Origin: Methanothermus fervidus DSM 2088
GTDB lineage: Archaea; Methanobacteriota; Methanobacteria; DSM-2088; Methanothermaceae
Length of the DNA: 32,000 nt
Direction of reading: 5' to 3'
Assembly: GCA_000166095.1 (NCBI GenBank)
Contig: CP002278.1
Span: forward strand, 1,140,001-1,172,000
Shown here: positions 9,358 through 17,726 of the stretch, piece by piece
How the letters are laid out: every line of letters begins with the position of its first letter
How positions within the stretch are numbered: the stretch's first letter is position 1
Notes under the pieces: generated by a model
What the model saw: the letters and a program-made list of their open reading frames with translations, nothing else
What the model was told of the DNA's origin: nothing
Databases searched by the model: none
Program-made: the position numbers and the translations under genes

Positions 9358-10187
9358 TGCATATTGGACTTGTTGCAAGATTAGACATGCAAAAATCCAT
9401 CAAACTAGCAAAAAAAATTGTAGAGTTTTTAGAAAAGAAAGGTATTCAAGTTTCAGTGGAATCATCACTAGCTGATATTATTAACAAAAAAGACATAAAA
9501 TGTGACTTAGAAAAAATGGAAGCAGACATGATTGTTACTATAGGTGGCGATGGTACAATACTTAGAACGCAAGGGATTGCCAAAAACATACCTATTTTTG
9601 GTATAAATATGGGTACTATTGGATTTTTAACAGAAATAGATCATCAAAACGCATTTGAAGCTTTAGAAAAAGTGATTTCAGGTAAATATTTTATTGAGGA
9701 GAGAAGCAGATTGGAAGTTTGTGGAAAAAAATTACCTCCAGCACTTAATGAGGTTGTTGTAATAACTAGTAAGCCTGCAAAAATGCTTCATTTTGAAGTT
9801 TTAGTGGATGATGAAGTGGTTGAAAATTTAAGAGCAGATGGAATGATTGTTTCTACACCTAGTGGATCTACGGCATATTCAATGTCTGCTGGAGGTCCTA
9901 TTGTAGATCCAAATGTGGATGCATTTATAATAGTCCCAATATGTCCATTTAAATTAAGTGCAAGACCTCTAGTAGTTCCAGATAATAGTAAAATAAAAAT
10001 TAAGCTTTTAAAGAAAGGAAAAGATGCAATAGTGGTTGTTGATGGTCAAGCAGAAGATAAAATAACTTATATGGAAGAATTAACACTTAAAAAATATAAA
10101 TCCCCTGCTTATTTTGTAAGATTAAAAAAAGGTTTTTACAGAAGAATCAGAGAAAAATTAACTGAAGGTGGCATTGCCTTTCTTTAA
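9357..10187 (+). CDS. nadK: NAD kinase
   Basis: GGDGTILR motif and the STPSGSTAYSMSAGGPIV motif. The TAATG at the start overlaps the upstream stop, and GGAGGA lies at 9345-9350. Confidence 0.9.
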   Translation: MHIGLVARLDMQKSIKLAKKIVEFLEKKGIQVSVESSLADIINKKDIKCDLEKMEADMIVTIGGDGTILRTQGIAKNIPIFGINMGTIGFLTEIDHQNAFEALEKVISGKYFIEERSRLEVCGKKLPPALNEVVVITSKPAKMLHFEVLVDDEVVENLRADGMIVSTPSGSTAYSMSAGGPIVDPNVDAFIIVPICPFKLSARPLVVPDNSKIKIKLLKKGKDAIVVVDGQAEDKITYMEELTLKKYKSPAYFVRLKKGFYRRIREKLTEGGIAFL

Positions 10188-10205
10188 TATTTTAATGGTG
10201 TTTTT

Positions 10206-11519
10206 ATGGATGTCCTTGTTGTAGATCTCACGCATGGTGGTATTACCTTAGCCAAAGAATTAAAAAAATATTTTGACAATGTTTTTGTTTGGGACATCTA
10301 CAATACTGTTCCTAAAGAAAAAAAGAAATTCTTAAGTAAGTATTTTAAATTTGTAGATACTGTCCCTAAAAGAAAAAATATTAAAATAATTGCACCAGTT
10401 CATTGCCCTCTAAATATAACTCCTGATTTTACACATCATGAGGCTGTAAATTTTATTTTACAGGATTGGAAAAATAAAAGAGACATACCAATAATTGAAG
10501 TTACTGGTGTTAAGGGCAAGACATCGGTAGTATGGATGTTAAAAGAAATTTTATCTCATAAAAACCCATTAATATTGAGCAGTATTGGTATTTTTTTAAA
10601 AGATAAAGTTTTAAAAAAAGACGTGAGCATAACTCCAGCAAATATAATCAAGGCTATTAAATTGGGAAAAGACAAATTTGGAGTTTGTATATTTGAAGTA
10701 TCACTTGGAGGTACAGGATTAGCAGATGTTGGTGTATTAACAAATATAGTTGAGGATTATCTGATAGCTGGAGGAAAAAGAAAAGCTAGTGAAGCTAAAA
10801 AACAAATATTTAGGAGTAAAATAACTTGCTGTGATTACAAAACACTAAAAAAATTTTATAAGGAATACATAGGGGAAGCAAATACTTTCTCTATAAATTA
10901 TCATGATGATGTAAATGTTTGGACTTCATCCATAAAATATGATTTTGAAAAAACCTCATTTAAAGTAAATGTAGATGGATTAAAAACTTTAAAGGGAGAA
11001 TTTTGTGGAAATATACGTATAGAAACATTTGCTCCAACATCTCATTATTTGTTAAATGTTTTAGCAGCTATATCTGCTGCATTGTCTTTAGGCGTTAAAA
11101 CAAAATACATAAAAAAAGGATTGTATAATTTTAGAGGCTTAAAAGGAAGAAGTTCCATAAAAAGAAAAAATAGTTGTAGAATAATAGAGGAAATAAATCC
11201 AGGTATAAACACTAAAACTATTGAAAATTCACTGGAAATTGCCAAAAATCTAAAAAATTCTGTAGTGATCATCGGTGGTCAATATGGTGTCACCTGTGAA
11301 GAACTCAATGAGGAAAGAGTTGCTAAAATAATTGATAATAATAGAGATGTTAATGTAGCATTAGTAGATGAGGTTGGAAAAAGCTTATTAAAAAAAATAA
11401 AAAGGAAAGTGGAATATGCTGACAATCCTAATAAATTGCTAAAATCATTTATAGAAAGAGGTTTTAAAAATATTGTGTTTGTGTACAGGTCAAAATATTC
11501 AGATTTAAGCAAAAGATGA
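10206..11519 (+). CDS. cfbE: Mur-ligase-fold protein, probably coenzyme F430 synthetase (CfbE)
   Basis: Mur-ligase P-loop VTGVKGKTS. The N-terminal VLVVDLTHGG resembles CfbE as I recall it, and the gene lies immediately upstream of hemC. A pseudomurein peptide ligase is the alternative. Confidence 0.5.
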   Translation: MDVLVVDLTHGGITLAKELKKYFDNVFVWDIYNTVPKEKKKFLSKYFKFVDTVPKRKNIKIIAPVHCPLNITPDFTHHEAVNFILQDWKNKRDIPIIEVTGVKGKTSVVWMLKEILSHKNPLILSSIGIFLKDKVLKKDVSITPANIIKAIKLGKDKFGVCIFEVSLGGTGLADVGVLTNIVEDYLIAGGKRKASEAKKQIFRSKITCCDYKTLKKFYKEYIGEANTFSINYHDDVNVWTSSIKYDFEKTSFKVNVDGLKTLKGEFCGNIRIETFAPTSHYLLNVLAAISAALSLGVKTKYIKKGLYNFRGLKGRSSIKRKNSCRIIEEINPGINTKTIENSLEIAKNLKNSVVIIGGQYGVTCEELNEERVAKIIDNNRDVNVALVDEVGKSLLKKIKRKVEYADNPNKLLKSFIERGFKNIVFVYRSKYSDLSKR

Positions 11520-11530
11520 AGTGATAAAAA

Positions 11531-12400
11531 ATGATAGTTGGTACCAGAGGTAGTCCATTAGCACTCAAACAAACATATTATGTTGTTAATCAACTTTCAA
11601 AATTGGTTAATGAGGAAGTAAAAATCAAAATTATAAAAACAACAGGGGATAAAATCAAGGATTCTCAGTTACATAAAATAGGTCAAAGAGGAGTTTTTAC
11701 AAAAGAAATTGACAAGGCAGTGCTAAATGAAGAAGTTGATTTGGCAGTCCATAGTTTGAAAGATGTACCAACAGAATTACATGAGGATTTAGAGATAGTA
11801 GCTATCCCACATAGAGATTCACCAAACGAAGTTTTAGTTTCTAAATATAGTTGGGATGAATTATCTGAAGAATGTATTTTAGGTACAAGTAGTTTAAGAA
11901 GAAAAGCATTTTGTCGTTACCATGGAAAAAAATTTAAAATAAAACCTTTGAGAGGAAACATTGAGACTAGAATTAAAAAAGTCGAAGATGGAGAATACGA
12001 TGCTACAATAATGGCTGAAGCCGCACTAAAGCGTTTAAATCTTGAAAAATATATTAAAAAAAGATTTTCTGTGAAATATTTTACTCCCTCTGCAGGACAA
12101 GGAGCAATAGCTATAGAAACGAGGTCTGATAGTAAATATATCTCTGTATTAAAAAAATTAAATGATCATAGAGCATTTTATGAAGTAACTGCTGAAAGAA
12201 CAGTACTAAAAGAACTTGGCGTTGGATGCCAATGGCCTATAGGTGTTGTGGCCAGATCCAAAGGCAAAAATTTAAATCTTTATGCAATTTTACTGTCTAA
12301 GAAAGGCAAACTGCTTTCAAAAATTGAGCTAGATGGGAAACTTCATGAAGCTACAAAATTAGGAAAAAAAGCTGCAAAAAAAATGGAGGGTTACATCTGA
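11531..12400 (+). CDS. hemC: hydroxymethylbilane synthase (porphobilinogen deaminase)
   Basis: N-terminal VGTRGSPLALKQT, the HSLKDVP motif, GNIETR, and the cofactor cysteine context LGVGCQWPIG. Confidence 0.9.
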   Translation: MIVGTRGSPLALKQTYYVVNQLSKLVNEEVKIKIIKTTGDKIKDSQLHKIGQRGVFTKEIDKAVLNEEVDLAVHSLKDVPTELHEDLEIVAIPHRDSPNEVLVSKYSWDELSEECILGTSSLRRKAFCRYHGKKFKIKPLRGNIETRIKKVEDGEYDATIMAEAALKRLNLEKYIKKRFSVKYFTPSAGQGAIAIETRSDSKYISVLKKLNDHRAFYEVTAERTVLKELGVGCQWPIGVVARSKGKNLNLYAILLSKKGKLLSKIELDGKLHEATKLGKKAAKKMEGYI

Positions 12401-13359
12401 AAAAATTAAATGTTGGAGTTATAGGAGTAGGAGCTATGGGTTACAATCATGCAAGAGTCTATTCCCAATTAAAAAATGCAAATCTTTTAGCAGTGGCAGA
12501 TATATCAAAGACTGCTCTCAAAAGGGTCACAAAAAGATATAATACAAAAGGATTCACAGATTATATGAAAGTCCTCGAAATGCCTGAAATAGACGCTGTA
12601 AGTGTGTGTGTACCAACCACTTATCACTATAAAGTTACAATGGATGCTATAGAACATGGAAAACATGTTTTAGTTGAAAAACCAATTGCATTTACAGTTG
12701 AAGAAGCCAAAGAAATGATTAAATTTGCAAGAAAAAAGAATGTTAAGTTAAGTGTCGGACATGTAGAACGTTTTAATCCAGCTGTACAAAAAGCAAAAGA
12801 AGTTGTAGAAAGTGGAACCATTGGTGACATTGTTACAGCATCCACAAAAAGGGTTGGACCATTTCCGCCACGAATCAAAGATGTCGGAGTGACTATAGAT
12901 CTCGCAATTCATGACATAGATATCATGCATTATCTTTTTGAAAAGAAAGTTGTGGAAGTATATGCATACATGGGAAGTATCTTAAATAAATGTGAATTTG
13001 AAGATCATGCTGAAATCATGGTAAAATTTCAGGAAAATATAGTTGGTTTACTAGAAGTTAATTGGCTAACTCCTTACAAAAAAAGAAAATTATCAATAAC
13101 AGGTACAGATGGGATTATATCTGTTGATTATATTACTCAAAATCTTAAAGTACATGGTAAATTCGCACAAAACATAAGTATAAATAAAGAAGAACCTTTA
13201 AAAAATGAATTAAGATCATTTGTAAATTCTGTGTTGGAAGATAAAGAACCTCCTGTAAATGGTGAAAGTGGATTGTATGCACTTAAAGTTGTGTTAAATG
13301 CTATAAAATCTGCAAAAAAAGGATATCCTGTAAGATTAGAAGGTGGAAAAAATGAATAA
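12397..13359 (+). CDS. Gfo/Idh/MocA-family NAD(P)-dependent oxidoreductase (sugar/sugar-nucleotide dehydrogenase-like)
   Basis: It has the family EKP motif (VLVEKPIA). The Rossmann strand-loop [14 protein letters not shown] is encoded in frame upstream of the first ATG (12436). The proposed CTG start at 12397 is uncertain; the conservative call is 12436-13359. Confidence 0.75.
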   Translation: MKKLNVGVIGVGAMGYNHARVYSQLKNANLLAVADISKTALKRVTKRYNTKGFTDYMKVLEMPEIDAVSVCVPTTYHYKVTMDAIEHGKHVLVEKPIAFTVEEAKEMIKFARKKNVKLSVGHVERFNPAVQKAKEVVESGTIGDIVTASTKRVGPFPPRIKDVGVTIDLAIHDIDIMHYLFEKKVVEVYAYMGSILNKCEFEDHAEIMVKFQENIVGLLEVNWLTPYKKRKLSITGTDGIISVDYITQNLKVHGKFAQNISINKEEPLKNELRSFVNSVLEDKEPPVNGESGLYALKVVLNAIKSAKKGYPVRLEGGKNE

Positions 13360-13942
13360 AGAACTTATAAAAAAAGCTCAAGAACTTCGAGCCAGAGGAT
13401 TTACAACTGGAGAAATAGCGGATGAATTAAATATCTCCAGAGACACAGCAAGATGGCTGATATTAAAGGCTGAAGAAAAAGTTAGTAGAAAAGCTCCAAC
13501 AGACATTGCCATTGATTGGAGATGTTTGAGTGAAAGTGCATCAAGACTAAAATATGTATCAGCTATCATGGCAGATATAGCATCTAAGTATGATGTGGAA
13601 GGTATAGTGGGAATAGCTGTTAGTGGGGTACCAATAGCAACATTGATGGCAACATTAATGAATAAGGAATTATCATTTTCAGTTTTTCACCCTGCTAAAT
13701 TAAGGAAAGAAAAGGATGTAGATGGTACAATCAGCAGTAATTTCGCAAGCATATATAATAAAAAGGTAATCATTGTGGACGATGTTATAACAAGTGGTAG
13801 GACTGTTAAGGAAGCTGTAAAAGTTGTAAAGGAGCAAGGGGCAAAACCAGTTGCAGTTGTAGTGTTAATTGACAAGAAAAATCTCAAAGAAGTTGATGGA
13901 GTGCCAGTTGAATCATTAATTAAAGTTACTAGGGTAGGATAA
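13352..13942 (+). CDS. orotate phosphoribosyltransferase-like protein with N-terminal HTH (PyrE-like putative regulator)
   Basis: The N-terminal HTH ([22 protein letters not shown]) is fused to a type I PRTase fold carrying the PRPP-binding motif [16 protein letters not shown]. Confidence 0.75.
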   Translation: MNKELIKKAQELRARGFTTGEIADELNISRDTARWLILKAEEKVSRKAPTDIAIDWRCLSESASRLKYVSAIMADIASKYDVEGIVGIAVSGVPIATLMATLMNKELSFSVFHPAKLRKEKDVDGTISSNFASIYNKKVIIVDDVITSGRTVKEAVKVVKEQGAKPVAVVVLIDKKNLKEVDGVPVESLIKVTRVG

Positions 13943-13947
13943 ATGAA

Positions 13948-15282
13948 ATGAGATTCCGATTAGCTATTATCTTAGGAAAAATTGTAAGATTTGGTTTAAG
14001 ACTTTTAGGTAGAAGTGCTACAGCATTGCCTGGAAACATAGCATTAAAAATTTATCCAAATTTATTGAAGGTTATAGATAAAAGATGCAAAAAGAAAATA
14101 ATCATAACAGGTACAAATGGTAAAACAACTACAAATAATTTGATTTCATATATTCTTAAAGGAAAATTTAAGAATGTGCTTTCAAATTTAAGAGGAGCAA
14201 ATATGGCGCAGGGTGTTGCCAGTGCTTTTATAGCAGATTTTAAGGATAAATATGATTGGGGTGTGTTTGAAATAGATGAAGGGTCTTTGGATGATGTCTT
14301 AAATTATATAAACCCTGATTTTGTCGTTGTAACTAATTTTTTTAGGGACCAGCTAGATAGATATGGAGAAATTGAAAATACAGTGGCATTAGTAAAAAAT
14401 GTTTTAAAAAAGAAAAAGAATCTTAAATTAGTGTTGAATGCTGACGATCCCTTAGTTGCTCAATTTAATGATTTAGAACATGAAAAAATTTTCTATGGTG
14501 TAAATAAAAACAAATTTAGTAGTGAGAAGGGAAAAGTTGTTGAAACATGGTATTGTCCAAAATGTGGTGCAAAAATGGATTATAAATTCTTTAATTATGG
14601 ACATCTAGGCGAATATAAGTGTAATAACTGTGGATTTAAAAATCCAGAAAGAAAATACCTAGTTGACAATGTTAAATTTGATGGAAAATTTACATTTGAT
14701 GTAAGATACAATGGTAAGATTACTAAAGACATCTCTTTCAGGTATGAAGGAATATATAATTTGTATAATTGTTGCGCTGCATTTGCAACTTGTTGTGAAC
14801 TAGGACTAGATCCAAATATAATTAAGGAAAGAATCAGCAACTTTACATATAGATTAGGTAGAATGGAAGAAATTGCATATAAAAATAAAATTATTAAAAT
14901 AGCACTTGCAAAAAATCCAATTGGATTAACTGAAGTAATAAGAACAATAAAACAAGATGAAAATAAAAAAACCTTGGTTTTCATTTTAAATGATAATCCA
15001 GCAGATGGTGAAGATGTATCATGGATCTGGGACGCTGATTTTAGTGAGCTTAAAAAAATAAAAAATATAAATTCAATAATATGTTCTGGAATAAGAGCAG
15101 AAGACATTGCACTTAGAATCAAGTATGCAAATGTCCCAACAGATCTTATAGAGATTGATGATAATATAAAAAGTGCTATTAAGAAAGGAATCATGACAAA
15201 AGTTAAGAGAGTCTATATAATACCAACATATACAGCAGTTTTTGAAAGTAGGGACATTGTATTAGAGTTGGTGAAAAAATGA
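13948..15282 (+). CDS. murT: MurT-like Mur ligase family protein (C-terminal DUF1727)
   Basis: P-loop ITGTNGKTTT, a Cys4 ribbon CPKCG...CNNCG (nt ~14554-14631), and the C-terminal NDNPADGEDVSWIWDADF motif characteristic of MurT. Confidence 0.75.
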   Translation: MRFRLAIILGKIVRFGLRLLGRSATALPGNIALKIYPNLLKVIDKRCKKKIIITGTNGKTTTNNLISYILKGKFKNVLSNLRGANMAQGVASAFIADFKDKYDWGVFEIDEGSLDDVLNYINPDFVVVTNFFRDQLDRYGEIENTVALVKNVLKKKKNLKLVLNADDPLVAQFNDLEHEKIFYGVNKNKFSSEKGKVVETWYCPKCGAKMDYKFFNYGHLGEYKCNNCGFKNPERKYLVDNVKFDGKFTFDVRYNGKITKDISFRYEGIYNLYNCCAAFATCCELGLDPNIIKERISNFTYRLGRMEEIAYKNKIIKIALAKNPIGLTEVIRTIKQDENKKTLVFILNDNPADGEDVSWIWDADFSELKKIKNINSIICSGIRAEDIALRIKYANVPTDLIEIDDNIKSAIKKGIMTKVKRVYIIPTYTAVFESRDIVLELVKK

Positions 15283-15998
15283 AATTGAAATTATTACATA
15301 TGTATCCAGATGTTTTGAATCTTTATAGAGATAGAGGGAATGTAATTACAATAAAAAGGAGGTGTGAATGGCGTAATATAGATATTGAGATCATTCCCTT
15401 CACAATTCATGATAAATACGATTTTGATGAAATAGATATATTTTTCATTGGTGGGGGATCAGACAGAGGACAAAGGATTGTATATAAAGATTTTCTAAAT
15501 TACAGACAAGAATTTAAAAGAGTTATAAAAGATGATGCTGTAATATTGGCGATATGTGGTGGATATCAGTTGTTAGGGAAAAAATACATAGATAGCGAAG
15601 GAAATGAGCTGCCAGGTCTTGGTATATTTAAATATGAAACTATAAGTGGGAAAGACAGACTAATTGGAAATATAATAATCGAAAATAATTTAGGATTAAA
15701 ACCAAAGACCATTGTTGGTTTTGAAAATCATGGAGGTAGGACATATAGTGATTATGAACCATTTGGATTTGTAAGAGTTGGTTATGGTAACAATGGAGAA
15801 GATGGAAAAGAAGGAATGGTATATAGAAATTGCATAGGTACATATCTTCATGGACCATTACTACCAAAAAATCCTCATTTAACAGATTATTTAATTTTAA
15901 AAGCACTTGAGAGAAAATATAATATTTCTTCTTTAGAGGAATTAAATGACGAAATTGAATATGCGGCCCATAAAAAAGTTTTAAAATTATATGGTTAA
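15279..15998 (+). CDS. gatD: GatD-like glutamine amidotransferase (CobB/CobQ-type GATase domain)
   Basis: Nucleophile context AICGGYQLLG (Cys codon 15555-15557) and the downstream GTYLHGPLLPKNP histidine motif. A 4-nt ATGA overlap couples it to murT. Confidence 0.75.
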   Translation: MKLKLLHMYPDVLNLYRDRGNVITIKRRCEWRNIDIEIIPFTIHDKYDFDEIDIFFIGGGSDRGQRIVYKDFLNYRQEFKRVIKDDAVILAICGGYQLLGKKYIDSEGNELPGLGIFKYETISGKDRLIGNIIIENNLGLKPKTIVGFENHGGRTYSDYEPFGFVRVGYGNNGEDGKEGMVYRNCIGTYLHGPLLPKNPHLTDYLILKALERKYNISSLEELNDEIEYAAHKKVLKLYG

Positions 15999-16024
15999 TC
16001 AATGAGTTATTAAAAGGGAAAAAT

Positions 16025-17473
16025 ATGAAGACAGAAATAATTGATAGGAATGCAGAGTATTTGGGAATTCCTCGACTTTTATTGATGGAAAATGCTGGAA
16101 GATGCTTGGCAGAAAAAATTGTTAGTATTGCTGAAACAGAAAATGAAAAAATATCTATATTTTGTGGTTCTGGAGGCAATGGTGGGGATGGATTAGTGGC
16201 AGCTAGACACTTAGTTAATAGAGGATTTAAAGTTGAAGTCTTTTTAATGACACATCCTCAAAGAATAAGGTCTAAAGAAACAATCAAAAATTGGGAAATA
16301 ATAAATAATATGACGTATTCTGACAATTTGAATGTCAATGTTGTTTTAGATTCTTCTTATCTTCCTAGTAGTGTAGATGGCATAATTGTGGATGCAATGT
16401 TGGGAACAGGAATTAAAGGAAAAATTCGAGAACCTATAAGATCTGCTATAAAGCTAATAAATGATTCTAATGCTGTGGTGGTAGCGGTAGATGTTCCTAG
16501 TGGTTTAGATCCTACAACAGGAAAAATAAGTGATATAGCTGTTAAAGCTGATTATACAATAACTTTCCACAAAATAAAAAAAGGATTAGACACTAAAACT
16601 GCTGGAAAAATAATAGTATGTGACATAGGAATTCCAAAAGAAGCTGAAGTATTTGTAGGTCCTGGAGACTTAATTAGAATCAAAAGGAATCCTGAATCAC
16701 ATAAAGGAGAAAATGGTAAGGTTTTAATTATTGGTGGTAGTCCTGTATATAGTGGTGCTCCTGCATTGTCAGGGTTGGCAGCATTACAGGCAGGATGTGA
16801 TCTTGTAACAATTTTATGTCCAAAGACTGCAGCTCCAGTTATAAAATCATATAGTCCTGATTTAATTGTTAAAGAGATAGATAGTGATTATGTAGATAAA
16901 ATAGACATGGAACTCGTAGAAAAATCAGATAGTATTGTAATTGGCCCTGGTTTGGAAGAAAATCCTAAAACTCGTAAAGCATTTAAGTTTTTAATAAGAG
17001 AGATTGATGATACAACTCCTATAGTTATAGATGCTGATGCATTAAAACTTGTAGAAATAGAAGATATCAAAGATTTTGAAAACATTGTTTTGACACCGCA
17101 TCTAGGAGAATTTAAAAGACTGTTCAAAATTAGTGGTAAAGATTTAAAGTCAAAGATAAAATATGTTACTTCGGCCTCTAAAAAAATAAATGGCGTGATA
17201 TTGCTCAAAGGCAAAATAGATATTATAGCTCAAAATGGAAAAATACGGTTAAATAAAACTGGAAATCCTGGCATGACCGTTGGTGGAACGGGAGATGTTT
17301 TATCAGGCATTGTTGCTTCGCTTATATCGCAAAAATTAAGACCTTTTGATGCAGCATGTTTAGGAGCATTTATAAATGGAAAAGCAGGAGATCTAGCCAG
17401 TGAAATATATGGGTATAATTTTACAGCAACTAAAATGTTAAAATTTATTCCAAAGGCCATGAAATTAAAGTAG
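16025..17473 (+). CDS. nnr: bifunctional NAD(P)H-hydrate repair enzyme (epimerase / ADP-dependent dehydratase)
   Basis: N-terminal YjeF_N motif GSGGNGGDGLVAARHL plus a C-terminal carbohydrate-kinase domain with GGTGDVLSG. Confidence 0.9.
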   Translation: MKTEIIDRNAEYLGIPRLLLMENAGRCLAEKIVSIAETENEKISIFCGSGGNGGDGLVAARHLVNRGFKVEVFLMTHPQRIRSKETIKNWEIINNMTYSDNLNVNVVLDSSYLPSSVDGIIVDAMLGTGIKGKIREPIRSAIKLINDSNAVVVAVDVPSGLDPTTGKISDIAVKADYTITFHKIKKGLDTKTAGKIIVCDIGIPKEAEVFVGPGDLIRIKRNPESHKGENGKVLIIGGSPVYSGAPALSGLAALQAGCDLVTILCPKTAAPVIKSYSPDLIVKEIDSDYVDKIDMELVEKSDSIVIGPGLEENPKTRKAFKFLIREIDDTTPIVIDADALKLVEIEDIKDFENIVLTPHLGEFKRLFKISGKDLKSKIKYVTSASKKINGVILLKGKIDIIAQNGKIRLNKTGNPGMTVGGTGDVLSGIVASLISQKLRPFDAACLGAFINGKAGDLASEIYGYNFTATKMLKFIPKAMKLK

Positions 17474-17722
17474 CCCAAGTATACGAAGTAGAATTAGCAC
17501 TCCAACGCCGGTTATACCTCCAAATCCTGCAACTAATACTGTTAATATATTAATTGGGATATGTACAAAAGGTAGAAAATTAACTAAGTGAAGTAACACC
17601 AAACCTGTTAAAATTTGCAATGCTAATCTGAGGACTATTCTTCCAATACTTAATAAAAATTTTAGGAATGCTAAACCTATTGCTATCACTATAATAGCAA
17701 AAAGAATTGTTGTAATTGACAA
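17465..17722 (-). CDS. BofA-family small membrane protein
   Basis: 85 aa with 2-3 TM segments. VHIPINILTVLVAGFGGITGVGVLILL resembles the BofA signature (IHxPINxxT...G.PG). The TTG start is preceded by GGTGA. Confidence 0.5.
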   Translation of the reverse strand: MSITTILFAIIVIAIGLAFLKFLLSIGRIVLRLALQILTGLVLLHLVNFLPFVHIPINILTVLVAGFGGITGVGVLILLRILGLL

Positions 17723-17726
17723 AAAA

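Noticed and set aside
14595-15194. 199-aa minus-strand ORF inside murT. Similar long antisense ORFs occur at 1798-2205, 8007-8393, 24380-24823, 25079-25435 and 29638-30126.
   Set aside because: These are Ser/Leu/Ile/Phe-rich low-complexity translations lying exactly opposite genes with strong family motifs. Such shadow ORFs are typical of AT-rich coding sequence, and they have no recognisable motifs or ribosome-binding sites.
15640-16179. 179-aa minus-strand ORF spanning the gatD/nnr junction.
   Set aside because: It is antisense to two well-supported genes, its sequence is low-complexity, and it has no motif support.
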